Positions 52,449 through 61,443 of a stretch of DNA of 64,000 nucleotides are shown one piece after another. Position numbers and translations under genes: made by a program. The stretch is from a virus. Every line of letters begins with the position of its first letter. Position 1 is the stretch's first letter. The notes below the pieces were generated by a model. The model saw only the letters and a list, made by a program, of their open reading frames with translations. It was not told the origin of the DNA and made no database searches. The DNA lies in IMG/VR virus record IMGVR_UViG_3300045988_171964; one strand, given 5' to 3'.

Positions 52449-53054
52449 ATGCAAAGTTTAATTCCAACCCTTACCAGGTTTCTTGCAGCCATCATCGGCT
52501 TGGTGTGGTGCACACTGGAACCATCCCTTAACTACATCGCCGTATGCTTCTTCGCCCTTGTCTGCGACTGCTACACGGCATGGCGCTGCAACTGTCGCAT
52601 CTATTCCCGCTATCGGGAGGCTATCAAGAAAGACCCTCGATGCAAAATCGACGGCAAACTGAAATCTAAGAAAATGGCAAAGATGGTGAAGGATTTCTCC
52701 GTCCTCATCCTTGCGATATTCTTGGCCACGATGGTAGATACCGTCATACTCGATTTCCAAAACCCTCTCCATCTTGCTAACTATCTCGCTGCCATCTATT
52801 GTGGCGTGCAACTCGTGAGCATCCTCGAAAACGAGAGTACCTGCAATGGTGCACCCTGGGCAAGAGTGATGCAGAAGATTGTGGCCGATAAAACCGAAAG
52901 GCACTTTAATGTAAAGCTGAAAGACTTGATGAAGGAAGCAACAGAAGAAGAGGGCAACAAGGAAGAGGCTACTCCGGAAGAGGATAAGAAGAAAGAAGAT
53001 GATAATGACGACTGGATTCCGCAGAAACCTGCAGACCCAGTAATGGGCATGTAA
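52449..53054 (+). CDS. Holin-like membrane protein (phage holin family 4-like), 201 aa
   Basis: Three to four hydrophobic segments, VQLVSILENES (the SI-EN motif of holin_4-type proteins), and a charged C-terminal tail. Confidence 0.55.
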   Translation: MQSLIPTLTRFLAAIIGLVWCTLEPSLNYIAVCFFALVCDCYTAWRCNCRIYSRYREAIKKDPRCKIDGKLKSKKMAKMVKDFSVLILAIFLATMVDTVILDFQNPLHLANYLAAIYCGVQLVSILENESTCNGAPWARVMQKIVADKTERHFNVKLKDLMKEATEEEGNKEEATPEEDKKKEDDNDDWIPQKPADPVMGM

Positions 53055-53118
53055 TGTGCCAATATCTCTTAATTTCCGTACGCTATCAGTTAATAATGTG
53101 TTAAAATCTCTTTGAATT

Positions 53119-53721
53119 ATGACAATATCAAATGTTTTGGAACACTGGGCAACCATCTACAAGCCCTTGTCTCATAACCCGACAAGCAAGAAGCTGGAGG
53201 ATCAGAGTTTCTTCCGCATTCGTGATATTGATGAGGAAAATATCTTTTCCCGAAACGCCAATATCATCCACTCTCCCTGTATGCTCTATCGTGTCGTTAA
53301 CTCCGGAGAACTGAAATCGGATAAGCAAGCCCTGATTACTTATCAGGTCTGTTTCCTTACCCGACTGAAAGATTCCTCTGCTACATTGGGCAGATATGAT
53401 GGCAGCAAATTGCAGGCTGCATCGGATGATCTGATGGAGTATTGCGAAGACCTTGCCTCTTATCTCACTCAGCTTCGCCGCACGGGTATCTGTCCTATCA
53501 CGGGCAGAAACTTCAAGACGGAAGAGCCTAAGCTGGGCATAGAGTTATCATCCGTCGATATAGAGAGTTTTGCCTATGGTGTAAACCCTCTTTTTCGTGG
53601 ACCGAGCTGGCTCCTTGCTGATTGTTATTGGCAGACTATCCGTCCGCTCTATAACTTCCAATGCGGAAAGGAGCAGAAATATATCATTCCTGCATCAACA
53701 GAAGACGGAAAGGAGGGATAA
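53119..53721 (+). CDS. Hypothetical protein (200 aa)
   Basis: ORF in the operon upstream of the tape measure gene. Confidence 0.6.
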   Translation: MTISNVLEHWATIYKPLSHNPTSKKLEDQSFFRIRDIDEENIFSRNANIIHSPCMLYRVVNSGELKSDKQALITYQVCFLTRLKDSSATLGRYDGSKLQAASDDLMEYCEDLASYLTQLRRTGICPITGRNFKTEEPKLGIELSSVDIESFAYGVNPLFRGPSWLLADCYWQTIRPLYNFQCGKEQKYIIPASTEDGKEG

Positions 53722-53724
53722 GCC

Positions 53725-54279
53725 ATGCCTATCAGAACCCAACCTATCAAGTCGCCTTTTGCACCCTTAAAAGAGGTGGCAGGTGTATATCTGAAGCAAG
53801 CTCTTCTTGATATAGAAGTTAACTTCAATACCCAGAAGATTTATCCGGTAGAAGTATATCGTGGCTACGAGAAGGTGAACAAATATCGCGAGGAACACGG
53901 CATGTGGTACTCTACGGGTGAAGGTAAGAAATCCTTTGAGGGTACGGTATATCAGGCTGATGAAAAGACGGGTAATCTGATGGTAGGAATCCGTTATAAC
54001 GACTATCTCCGCTATGTGGATATTGGTGTAGGTTTGACGGGTGATCCTCGTGACCCTGCAGCCCATATCACTGCCGATAAGGTGGACCGCTCGAAGAAAG
54101 CTAAGTTTAAAACACGATATATCGGCAAGTGGGATAGAAGGGCAGGTAAATCTCATCGTCCTGCCATCATGCGCACGGTGAGAAGACTGAAAACGAGATA
54201 CGAAAACCATCTTGCAGATTACTATGGCTACCAGGGCTTGTTGCAGATAATGAACGCCCTGGAGGGCAAAGATGAGTAA
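53725..54279 (+). CDS. Hypothetical virion-associated protein (184 aa), weakly HK97 gp10-like
   Basis: YLRYVDIGVGLTG loosely resembles the gp10-family Y-x-x-Y-V-E-x-G motif. This is low-confidence. Confidence 0.55.
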   Translation: MPIRTQPIKSPFAPLKEVAGVYLKQALLDIEVNFNTQKIYPVEVYRGYEKVNKYREEHGMWYSTGEGKKSFEGTVYQADEKTGNLMVGIRYNDYLRYVDIGVGLTGDPRDPAAHITADKVDRSKKAKFKTRYIGKWDRRAGKSHRPAIMRTVRRLKTRYENHLADYYGYQGLLQIMNALEGKDE

Positions 54280-54314
54280 CTTTATAAGTATTCATATTTA
54301 AAAACAGAAACAAA

Positions 54315-57300
54315 ATGGCAAAGAATAAAACAGAGGCTATCATCACGCTCAATGGCCAGCAGCCGCTCCAGGTACTGAAGCAGTTGCAGGAGGCAGCAGC
54401 GGGTATATCCGAGCAGATAGATGCGGCTCAGGCGAAGCTGAAAAACCTGAAGCCGAACACTGACCCATATAAAGCCCTCGATGCGACCATCAAGGATCTG
54501 AAGAAGCAGTACGATTTGCTGGCTTCTGCACAGATTAAGGATATTTCTGCCAATGAGCGTTTGCAGAGCGTAGTGGACCAGCTCAGTAATACTTCACTTC
54601 GCAACCTGCGCCGTGCATTGGGCGACGGCAAGCGTCAGCTTGAAGGCTTGTCAGAGGCAGAACTGGATCAGGCAAACGCTATCCGCTCAATGATGAAGGA
54701 AGTAGGCGACCAGGTGCGCTTGCTCGAAGGGAAGTATGTAAAGATTGAAAAAGGACTGAAGAATATAAGCATTCAGTCTGACCAATGGCTGAGTAAGGCC
54801 ATAACGCAGCAGAGAGACCTTGTGGCTTCACTCGAAAAGACAGATGCCAGCTATCTCAAGAATCACGCCACATTGAAGCAGTTGGAGAGAGAGGAGGATA
54901 GACGTAATGGCAAGCTGACTACACCGGAGGCTATGACTGTGGTGCAAGACCGAACATCTACTGCCTCCGAACTTCGCCGCGCCAAGACATCAATCACTCA
55001 GGCGAGGGATAATGTAGATACATCTGATACTGCTCAGATAAAAGCCTATAATGAAGCCCTTGCTAAGATTGAGGAACGCCTTGATGCCGTATCGGGGAAA
55101 GCCCAGAAAACAGCCATCGGTTGGCAGAAAATGCGCCAGGTATTATCTAACCCTGGCAAGGCTTCGGGCGAGGACATTAAGCAAACCATGGACGCTATTC
55201 AGCAGAAAATACAGCAACTCCCTGCTGGAAGTAAGGCTGTATCAGATTTGCGCAGACAATACGCCCAGTTGGAACAAACTATGAAAGGTACCCGCCTCTC
55301 GCAAGCGCAGCTCAATGATATTGTCGCCCGCAGTAAGACCGGCAAGGCAAATATCAATGAGCTGAGACAGGCTTATAAGCAACTTGAGGAGGAACTGAAT
55401 CAGTTAAACACCAAAAGCAAGGAATTTAACGAGAAGCAGAAGGAACTGAAGGATTTAAAGAAGAATATCGACAATGCTACTGGAGCCATAAGCCAGCAAA
55501 GTAAATCCTGGCAGACGGCATTAAAGAACCTGACCGCATACGTAGGTCTCTTTCAGGTCTTCAATGCTATCAAAGATACAGTTACTTCTGCTATCAAGAA
55601 AAACTTTGAATATTCTTCGTCTTTGACGGATATTCGCAAGGTGTCCGGACTCACGATGCAGGATGTCAATAAACTGTCTGAGGAATTGGCTAAGATTGAT
55701 ACTCGTACTTCTGTTGATGGCTTGGCCCAACTTGCCTATCAGGGTGCAAAACTTGGTATGGGTAAGTATGGCGTGGAAGGTATGAAACAGTTCGTAGCTG
55801 CTGCCGACCAGATCAATGTAGCCATTGGTGAGGAAATGGGCGAGGAAGCGCTGCCGGCTCTTTCTAAAATGGTGGAGACGATGGGTCTTATCCCGAAGAT
55901 GGGTATCGAAAAAGCGATGCTTGCTACGGGTTCGGCTATGTTCAAACTGTCTTCTACCTCTACCTCTACATCTACCAATATAGTGGAGTTCGCCAAGCGA
56001 TTAACCGGTGTGAGCCGTACTGCAGGTATCACTACCGACCAGTTGTTGGCTCTCGGTTCTGCATCTGATTCCCTCTTCCTGATGCCGGAGGTGAGTGCCA
56101 CGGCGATGTCTAAGTTCATCGTAGCTTTGCAGAAGAACCATAACCTTATCGAGAAGGATTTGGGCATTCCGGATGGTACCATCAAAAGAATGTATGCAGC
56201 AGGCAACGCAATGGATGCCATCGTGATGGTACTTGAAAAGATGCGAGACAAGGGTAATATGAATGCCCTTGGCGGCATCTTCAAAGACCTTGGTTCTAAT
56301 GGTCAGCGACTCGTTACCGCCATGGTAACTATGTCTAAGAACGTAGATGTACTGAAGGATCATCTCTACGAGTCTAAGGAGGCATTCGAGGAGGCAACTG
56401 CTGTAACCAGCGAGTACACGATGCAGCAGCAGTCTGCCGCAGGTATATTGGATAGAGCCAATAACCTTTGGGAGAAGGCTTTTATCAATCCAGATGGTGT
56501 GGAAAGTGTAAAGTCTATGGCGCAGGCTTGGTACGATATGTCGCAGATGATCTTGCAAAGCCCGATATTCAAGAATACACTTCAGGCAGCCATGTGGAGT
56601 GTGATTACTGCTTGCAAGGTATTTGTAACTCTCCTTCCTCTCATCGCTAACTATGTTGCTGCTCTAGGTATCTATAAAGCCGTTTCGTTTCTTTGGGAAT
56701 TAGGTAAGGCGATAAAAGCTGCGGCAGCTGCGCAAACGTTGTTTAATTCAGCAGCCAAGGTAAATCCTTATGTAGCTATTGCAAGTGCGATTGTCACCGC
56801 CGTAGGTGTGGTATGGTCTTTTGTGGAAGCGGATAGAGAAGCTGCTGCTGCGGAGGCAGAGGCAGCACGCAAAGCTAATGCCTGGAAAGATAAGTTGAAA
56901 GAAGCGCAGTCTCAAACTGATACGCTTACCCGAAAACTCCATTCTTATAAAACTACACTCGAAGCCCTGAACGTATCGCAGAATGCCCGAAATACGCAGA
57001 TAGCCCGATTTAATCGTGATTTTCGCCAGTATATCTCTAAGTTGGGTATCGAAATCAAGAGCGTGAGCGATTTGAAGAAGCATTATTCGGAGTTAGCACA
57101 GGAAATTCAGCGTGCTACCTATTATCGCCTTCGTGAGGAAGCCAAGCAGAGCGTAATGCCTTCCTATCAGATGGATCGTCTGAATGCGGCTAACCGTATC
57201 AAGAAGGAACTTAATAATCTCGGCTTGTTTGCAGGCGGTTTTACCCAAAAGAACGTGATGGATATGTTCAATAAGGGTGCAGGTGCAGGTTGGATATGGC

Positions 57301-60300
57301 AGAAGATTATCGAGGCAAACACAAAAGATGCCAAGCAGGGTAGTTTCCGTTTCAATATGAAAACAGGAAACTATACTTATACTGATAATAGCGGTAAAAC
57401 CGTCAAGGGTAATCCTACAGGCTATAAAGGTCTGTTATCTTCACTCGTTCATTTCCAGAACGCAACCAAGCGCGAAACAAGTAAGGATAAGGAAATCAAT
57501 GATTACTTCAATCAGGTAGTTAATCTTGATGGCTATACTCCTTGGGTAGAAGATGAACCTGGTACGCTTGAAAATGAAGCACCCGATAATGATGCCATCC
57601 GTGCTGCGAAGCAGGAGGCACGCGATCAGCAGCGTTCCTGGCGTGAGGAGTTGAAGCAGAAGCAGGATGAAGCAAACGCTATCATGGATAACGTGCGCAA
57701 CTTCTATGAGCGACAAATCAACGAAAAACTGTCACAGGCAGTAAGCCTCGGTATGGATAAGACGGAGCAGGATTTGTTCGTAGAGCCAGTGAAGAAGCGT
57801 ATGGATGAAGCCCTTTCGCAGGTGCGCCTTGCTATCGCTGGTCAGGCTAACACCTGGGAGGACTTCAAAAAGACGATGGATAATGATCTTATCGAGAAGA
57901 CCGATGAGACCGGAGTTAATCTTTCCAAGAACCTCCTCACCTCCATTACGCAGAATAATATCGCAGCCCTGCGCACGAAGATGGCTCAGTTGGGTAATAG
58001 TCTGAACCGTCCGATGAACTCCATCACGGCTGAAATATTTGCCAAGGCTACCAAGAACCAGCAGGATCGTGTAAAGCTGGAAGCGCAGCAGGCAGAAGCC
58101 CGTAGAAAGGTGGCTCAGGAGCATAACTACATGGGTGCCGTGCAGCAGAATATGTATGACGATTTCAACCAAATGGGCTATGCTACCCCAACCGATTTTG
58201 AAGCGCAGGACAAGGAAGCCTTTGACAGACGCAAGGCACACATCATTTCCATGTACGAGCAAGCAAGAAAGCAAATCGCCAACCTTTATACAGTTGATGT
58301 CAGCAATAAAGAAGGTAGGGGATTGCTGATGCAGGTACTCTTTGGCGATGATCCTTATGCGCTGGGTGCCCGCATTCAGAGTGTATTGGGCGACAATGCG
58401 GAAGACTGGAGGGTGTTCTATAACAAACTTATTCAGTATTCTGATGAATATACTGAGGCTCAGAAGAAGACCTACGACCAGGCAAAAAAGATTGCCGAGC
58501 AGATGTGGAAGGTCAACCAGCGCAATCTTGCCAACCAGGAAACCCTTCGCAAGATGCAGCAGGAAAGCGCCCTCTTCGGTAAGCGAACCAATATGTGGTC
58601 GAATCTTGGTCTCGGCGATCTTACCGCCGACCCAGAGGTGGAGCTGATGAAGATGAAGATGCAGATGGCGGAAGATTATTATGCTTTCGTTTTCAAAAAT
58701 TCGAGAAATCAGCAACTTATCGATGAAGCTGACAAGGCTCGTCAGGAGGCAGAACTTGCCTATGTCAACCAAATGGCTACGGCGATGAAGAACCGCCTCT
58801 CACAGATGCAGCAGCTTGTGCAGCCTATCGAGACCTTCGGTGCAGAAGTAGGCAAGGCATTTGCTGAAATGCGCAATGATGTAAGCAGCGCACAGGAAGC
58901 TATCAAGAACGCTCTGAAGTCTATGCTCGAATCGTGGGGTAATATGGCGCTCAACGATGTGAATACGCAGATGTGGAAGGCTATCAATGATGCAGGTGCC
59001 AAGCGAGCCAAGAAGAAAGCGCAGCCTGGTATCGATGCAGCAAGAGCCAACGCTAACGCCAATGCCGTGAAGGAAGACTTCTCTCATCTCGGCACAAAGG
59101 CGAACCCGATGTATGTGCGACTGGTAGATGAGGGAGCATCTTATCTTACTCAACAGCCGCAGTCTAACTTCGAGAATATGACTCCTCAGCAGCCGGCTCT
59201 CGGTTGGAATCCTGACGGCTCGCCTATCAATCCTAACAGTCCGGCTATTGTGCCTCCATACGCGCCCCCTGCAACCCCCGAGCAGGCGAATAAGCAAGCA
59301 GAGGGCAATGGTGCTCCTCATGCGTGGGCACATCGCAATCGAGACAATGCCAATGCGTTTTACCAGGATGCCGCAACGCAAACGGGTGCGGCAGCAGCCG
59401 ATGCTATCGCAGGTGGCGGTTCCTGGTCCGATGTCGCAGCCGGTATCGGCGGTTCTTTCATCGGTGGCGTAATGAATACCGAGTTCAAGACTGGCGGCGG
59501 CAAATCAAAGGAGGATAAGGAGAAAGCCGAGCAGTTGAAGAAGGAGAAGAAACACCAGAAGGAACTGAGCAAGGAGGTAAAGAAGGGCAATAAGGAACGT
59601 GAGAAGGTTACCACGCAGGGTGTCAAGAACATCACAGACGTAACTGATGCCGGAAACAAGGAGCAGACCGAGGGTACAAAGATAGCTTTGAATACAGGTA
59701 TGGCTATGACGGAAACGGCGCTCACTACCAACCTTGCGAAAACGCAAGCCAATAACGAAGCTGTTATCGAGTCGGATGCTGACCGCACGCGAGCAGGAAT
59801 GACCTTCTCTATCGCTGGTGCCATCGGTAAGTGCTTCGACTTCCTAGGTCCTATCGCGGGTCCTATTGCTGCTGCTGGTGTGATGGCTACCCTGATGGGC
59901 TTGCTCCAGTGGGCACTCAATTCAGCCTTCAGCGGCGGCAAAAAGAAGAGTAATACCAATACTACCAATACCAAGCTTGTTACTGGTATGCTTACCTATG
60001 ATTCCGGAAACGTTCAAGACTTGAAGCCATTTGTGGCTGATAATGGCGAGGTGTATTGGGCGAAGGAGGATGACGGCAAGCAGATGCAGGGCGTGAAGAT
60101 GCTTACATCTCCAACCGCCACCACCGTTAATGGTCAGCCGTCTCTCGTAGCCGAGAAAGGACCGGAAATCGTGATTGGCCGTGAAACCACTCATGCCATG
60201 ATGATGAATAACCCTGCCCTGCTGAAGGCGCTGGTCAATTACGACAGCAACTATTCGGGAGGAAACTCAGCAAGAAGGGCATTTGATAGCGGCAACGTGG

Positions 60301-60533
60301 GTGATGTTCTTGCAGCAGGCACGCAAGCAGGCAATGGTAATCTTTCGTCTGGCGCGTCAGCGGCAGGCGACCTGATTGCAGCCAGCGCAGCAAGCAATGC
60401 GGCGCTCCTGCAAGCTGTGAATGCGCTCATTCAGCGCCTCAATCAGCCTATCAACGCCCAGATTAACATGTATGGTCGTGACGGACTGCATGATAGCCTG
60501 AATAAGGCTAATCGGTTTATGAAGAATAAATAG
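54315..60533 (+). CDS. Tail tape measure protein (2072 aa)
   Basis: A TP901-type TMP core-like region (LTDIRKVSGLTMQDVNKLSEELAKIDTRTSVDGLAQLAYQGAKLG...VEFAKRLTGVSRTAGITTDQLLALGSASD), long coiled-coil stretches, and internal hydrophobic segments. Confidence 0.8.
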   Translation: MAKNKTEAIITLNGQQPLQVLKQLQEAAAGISEQIDAAQAKLKNLKPNTDPYKALDATIKDLKKQYDLLASAQIKDISANERLQSVVDQLSNTSLRNLRRALGDGKRQLEGLSEAELDQANAIRSMMKEVGDQVRLLEGKYVKIEKGLKNISIQSDQWLSKAITQQRDLVASLEKTDASYLKNHATLKQLEREEDRRNGKLTTPEAMTVVQDRTSTASELRRAKTSITQARDNVDTSDTAQIKAYNEALAKIEERLDAVSGKAQKTAIGWQKMRQVLSNPGKASGEDIKQTMDAIQQKIQQLPAGSKAVSDLRRQYAQLEQTMKGTRLSQAQLNDIVARSKTGKANINELRQAYKQLEEELNQLNTKSKEFNEKQKELKDLKKNIDNATGAISQQSKSWQTALKNLTAYVGLFQVFNAIKDTVTSAIKKNFEYSSSLTDIRKVSGLTMQDVNKLSEELAKIDTRTSVDGLAQLAYQGAKLGMGKYGVEGMKQFVAAADQINVAIGEEMGEEALPALSKMVETMGLIPKMGIEKAMLATGSAMFKLSSTSTSTSTNIVEFAKRLTGVSRTAGITTDQLLALGSASDSLFLMPEVSATAMSKFIVALQKNHNLIEKDLGIPDGTIKRMYAAGNAMDAIVMVLEKMRDKGNMNALGGIFKDLGSNGQRLVTAMVTMSKNVDVLKDHLYESKEAFEEATAVTSEYTMQQQSAAGILDRANNLWEKAFINPDGVESVKSMAQAWYDMSQMILQSPIFKNTLQAAMWSVITACKVFVTLLPLIANYVAALGIYKAVSFLWELGKAIKAAAAAQTLFNSAAKVNPYVAIASAIVTAVGVVWSFVEADREAAAAEAEAARKANAWKDKLKEAQSQTDTLTRKLHSYKTTLEALNVSQNARNTQIARFNRDFRQYISKLGIEIKSVSDLKKHYSELAQEIQRATYYRLREEAKQSVMPSYQMDRLNAANRIKKELNNLGLFAGGFTQKNVMDMFNKGAGAGWIWQKIIEANTKDAKQGSFRFNMKTGNYTYTDNSGKTVKGNPTGYKGLLSSLVHFQNATKRETSKDKEINDYFNQVVNLDGYTPWVEDEPGTLENEAPDNDAIRAAKQEARDQQRSWREELKQKQDEANAIMDNVRNFYERQINEKLSQAVSLGMDKTEQDLFVEPVKKRMDEALSQVRLAIAGQANTWEDFKKTMDNDLIEKTDETGVNLSKNLLTSITQNNIAALRTKMAQLGNSLNRPMNSITAEIFAKATKNQQDRVKLEAQQAEARRKVAQEHNYMGAVQQNMYDDFNQMGYATPTDFEAQDKEAFDRRKAHIISMYEQARKQIANLYTVDVSNKEGRGLLMQVLFGDDPYALGARIQSVLGDNAEDWRVFYNKLIQYSDEYTEAQKKTYDQAKKIAEQMWKVNQRNLANQETLRKMQQESALFGKRTNMWSNLGLGDLTADPEVELMKMKMQMAEDYYAFVFKNSRNQQLIDEADKARQEAELAYVNQMATAMKNRLSQMQQLVQPIETFGAEVGKAFAEMRNDVSSAQEAIKNALKSMLESWGNMALNDVNTQMWKAINDAGAKRAKKKAQPGIDAARANANANAVKEDFSHLGTKANPMYVRLVDEGASYLTQQPQSNFENMTPQQPALGWNPDGSPINPNSPAIVPPYAPPATPEQANKQAEGNGAPHAWAHRNRDNANAFYQDAATQTGAAAADAIAGGGSWSDVAAGIGGSFIGGVMNTEFKTGGGKSKEDKEKAEQLKKEKKHQKELSKEVKKGNKEREKVTTQGVKNITDVTDAGNKEQTEGTKIALNTGMAMTETALTTNLAKTQANNEAVIESDADRTRAGMTFSIAGAIGKCFDFLGPIAGPIAAAGVMATLMGLLQWALNSAFSGGKKKSNTNTTNTKLVTGMLTYDSGNVQDLKPFVADNGEVYWAKEDDGKQMQGVKMLTSPTATTVNGQPSLVAEKGPEIVIGRETTHAMMMNNPALLKALVNYDSNYSGGNSARRAFDSGNVGDVLAAGTQAGNGNLSSGASAAGDLIAASAASNAALLQAVNALIQRLNQPINAQINMYGRDGLHDSLNKANRFMKNK

Positions 60534-60595
60534 AAGAAGGTTTTGTTGATTATTAGTTGTTAGTTTTTAAGTTTATTAGTTATTTGTTTTTCGAG

Positions 60596-60628
60596 GCTGT
60601 TTCGCTGTGAAGCGAGGCAGCTTTTTTT
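60596..60628 (+). terminator. Intrinsic terminator after the tape measure gene
   Basis: gctgtttcgct-gtga-agcgaggcagc followed by ttttttt. Confidence 0.7.
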
Positions 60629-60630
60629 AG

Positions 60631-60658
60631 TGTTGAACGTTGAGTGTTAAATGTTGAA
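60631..60658 (+). repeat. (TGTTGAA)4 heptamer array
   Basis: tgttgaa cgttgag tgttaaa tgttgaa. Confidence 0.8.
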
Positions 60659-60667
60659 TTAGGCTAT

Positions 60668-60709
60668 CGCCTTTGGGTCTCCGTTCCCAGCGAATTTTTC
60701 GCTGGTCCC
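60668..60709 (+). repeat. Hairpin element copy 7
   Basis: cgcctttgggtctccgttc-CCAGCGAA-ttt-TTCGCTGG-tccc. The stem-loop is at 60687-60705 and has a compensatory A/T change. Confidence 0.9.
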
Positions 60710-60770
60710 ATTTTGTAATAAAGCTAATATTTTTCCGTACCAACGTTAACCCTTTGATTTAGTGGGCATT

Positions 60771-61263
60771 TTGGTCTCAAAAGCATATCTTGGTCTCATT
60801 TTTCGTCGGTTTTACTACCTATATATAAAATTTTCCGTGTATTTTTTCTTTTCCCTAAAATCAAAATCCCCTAACCTCAAACTAGGAGTTAGTAGCATTA
60901 ACGGCTATGCCGTAAACTTCAGACAATAAGGTAGTTATGGGGATATAGGGGAGTGGCAGCTAGCGAGAGAAATGCGTGATTTTCTACATATATTCTACAT
61001 ATTTCTGAAATATTTTGTATCTCCTGCGTACATCTGTTTATAGAAAATTATATAAAAATGAGACCAAGATATAGTAAGTTGCTGAAAAATAAGCAGATAG
61101 TAAAAAATCAGTGTGGGCTAGCAGTGGGACAATGGTGTGGCAGCAGGGGGACAATATACGCCGTTTTAGCAATTAGGGGACTTTAACATTTCTGCTAATA
61201 AAATTAAAATGAGACCAGAATCGGCAAAATGGGACCAGATTTCGCTTCCTGGTCTCATTTTTG
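60771..61263. repeat. Six dispersed YTGGTCYCATTTT boxes in both orientations (candidate protein-binding sites or second origin)
   Basis: Forward copies lie at 60771-60780, 60789-60803 and 61249-61263. Reverse copies lie at 61054-61070, 61206-61220 and 61226-61240. Confidence 0.75.
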
Positions 61264-61270
61264 AAAAAAC

Positions 61271-61312
61271 AACCTTTGCGTCTCCGTTCCCAGCGATTCC
61301 ATCGTTGGTTCC
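61271..61312 (+). repeat. Hairpin element copy 8
   Basis: aacctttgcgtctccgttc-CCAGCGAT-tcc-ATCGTTGG-ttcc. The stem-loop is at 61290-61308 with a G-T pair on the plus strand. A C8 run follows. Confidence 0.85.
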
Positions 61313-61401
61313 CCCCCCTCTCAAACCTATATTAAATGTTAAAAATATAACTTATTTCAAATATAATATAGCTTACCTATACTTTATTCGATTTATTTTT
61401 G

Positions 61402-61409
61402 TATCTTTG
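61402..61409 (+). promoter_or_regulatory. Bacteroidota-type -7 box (TATCTTTG)
   Basis: tgtatcTTTGcagcg lies about 35 nt upstream of the ATG at 61444. Confidence 0.55.
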
Positions 61410-61443
61410 CAGCGAAAAATGAACAATATAATATATGTAAGGT

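Noticed and set aside
52458-53156. 232-aa minus-strand ORF antisense to the holin-like gene
   Set aside because: The plus-strand ORF has a host-type promoter, clear transmembrane segments and a holin motif. The minus-strand ORF would also run into the divergent promoter region.
57732-58772. 346-aa minus-strand ORF, and other long antisense ORFs inside the tape-measure gene (for example 55739..56284, 58800..59381, 59360..59974)
   Set aside because: They lie fully inside a 6.2-kb plus-strand ORF with recognisable TMP motifs. Their composition is typical of antisense shadow frames.
60771-61263. GGTCTC (BsaI) and GGTACC (KpnI, 1.9-3.8 kb) sites as signs of an engineered construct
   Set aside because: The sites are embedded in longer conserved natural repeats (13-mers or hairpin stems) that occur in both orientations. 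There is no vector-like sequence or scar pattern.
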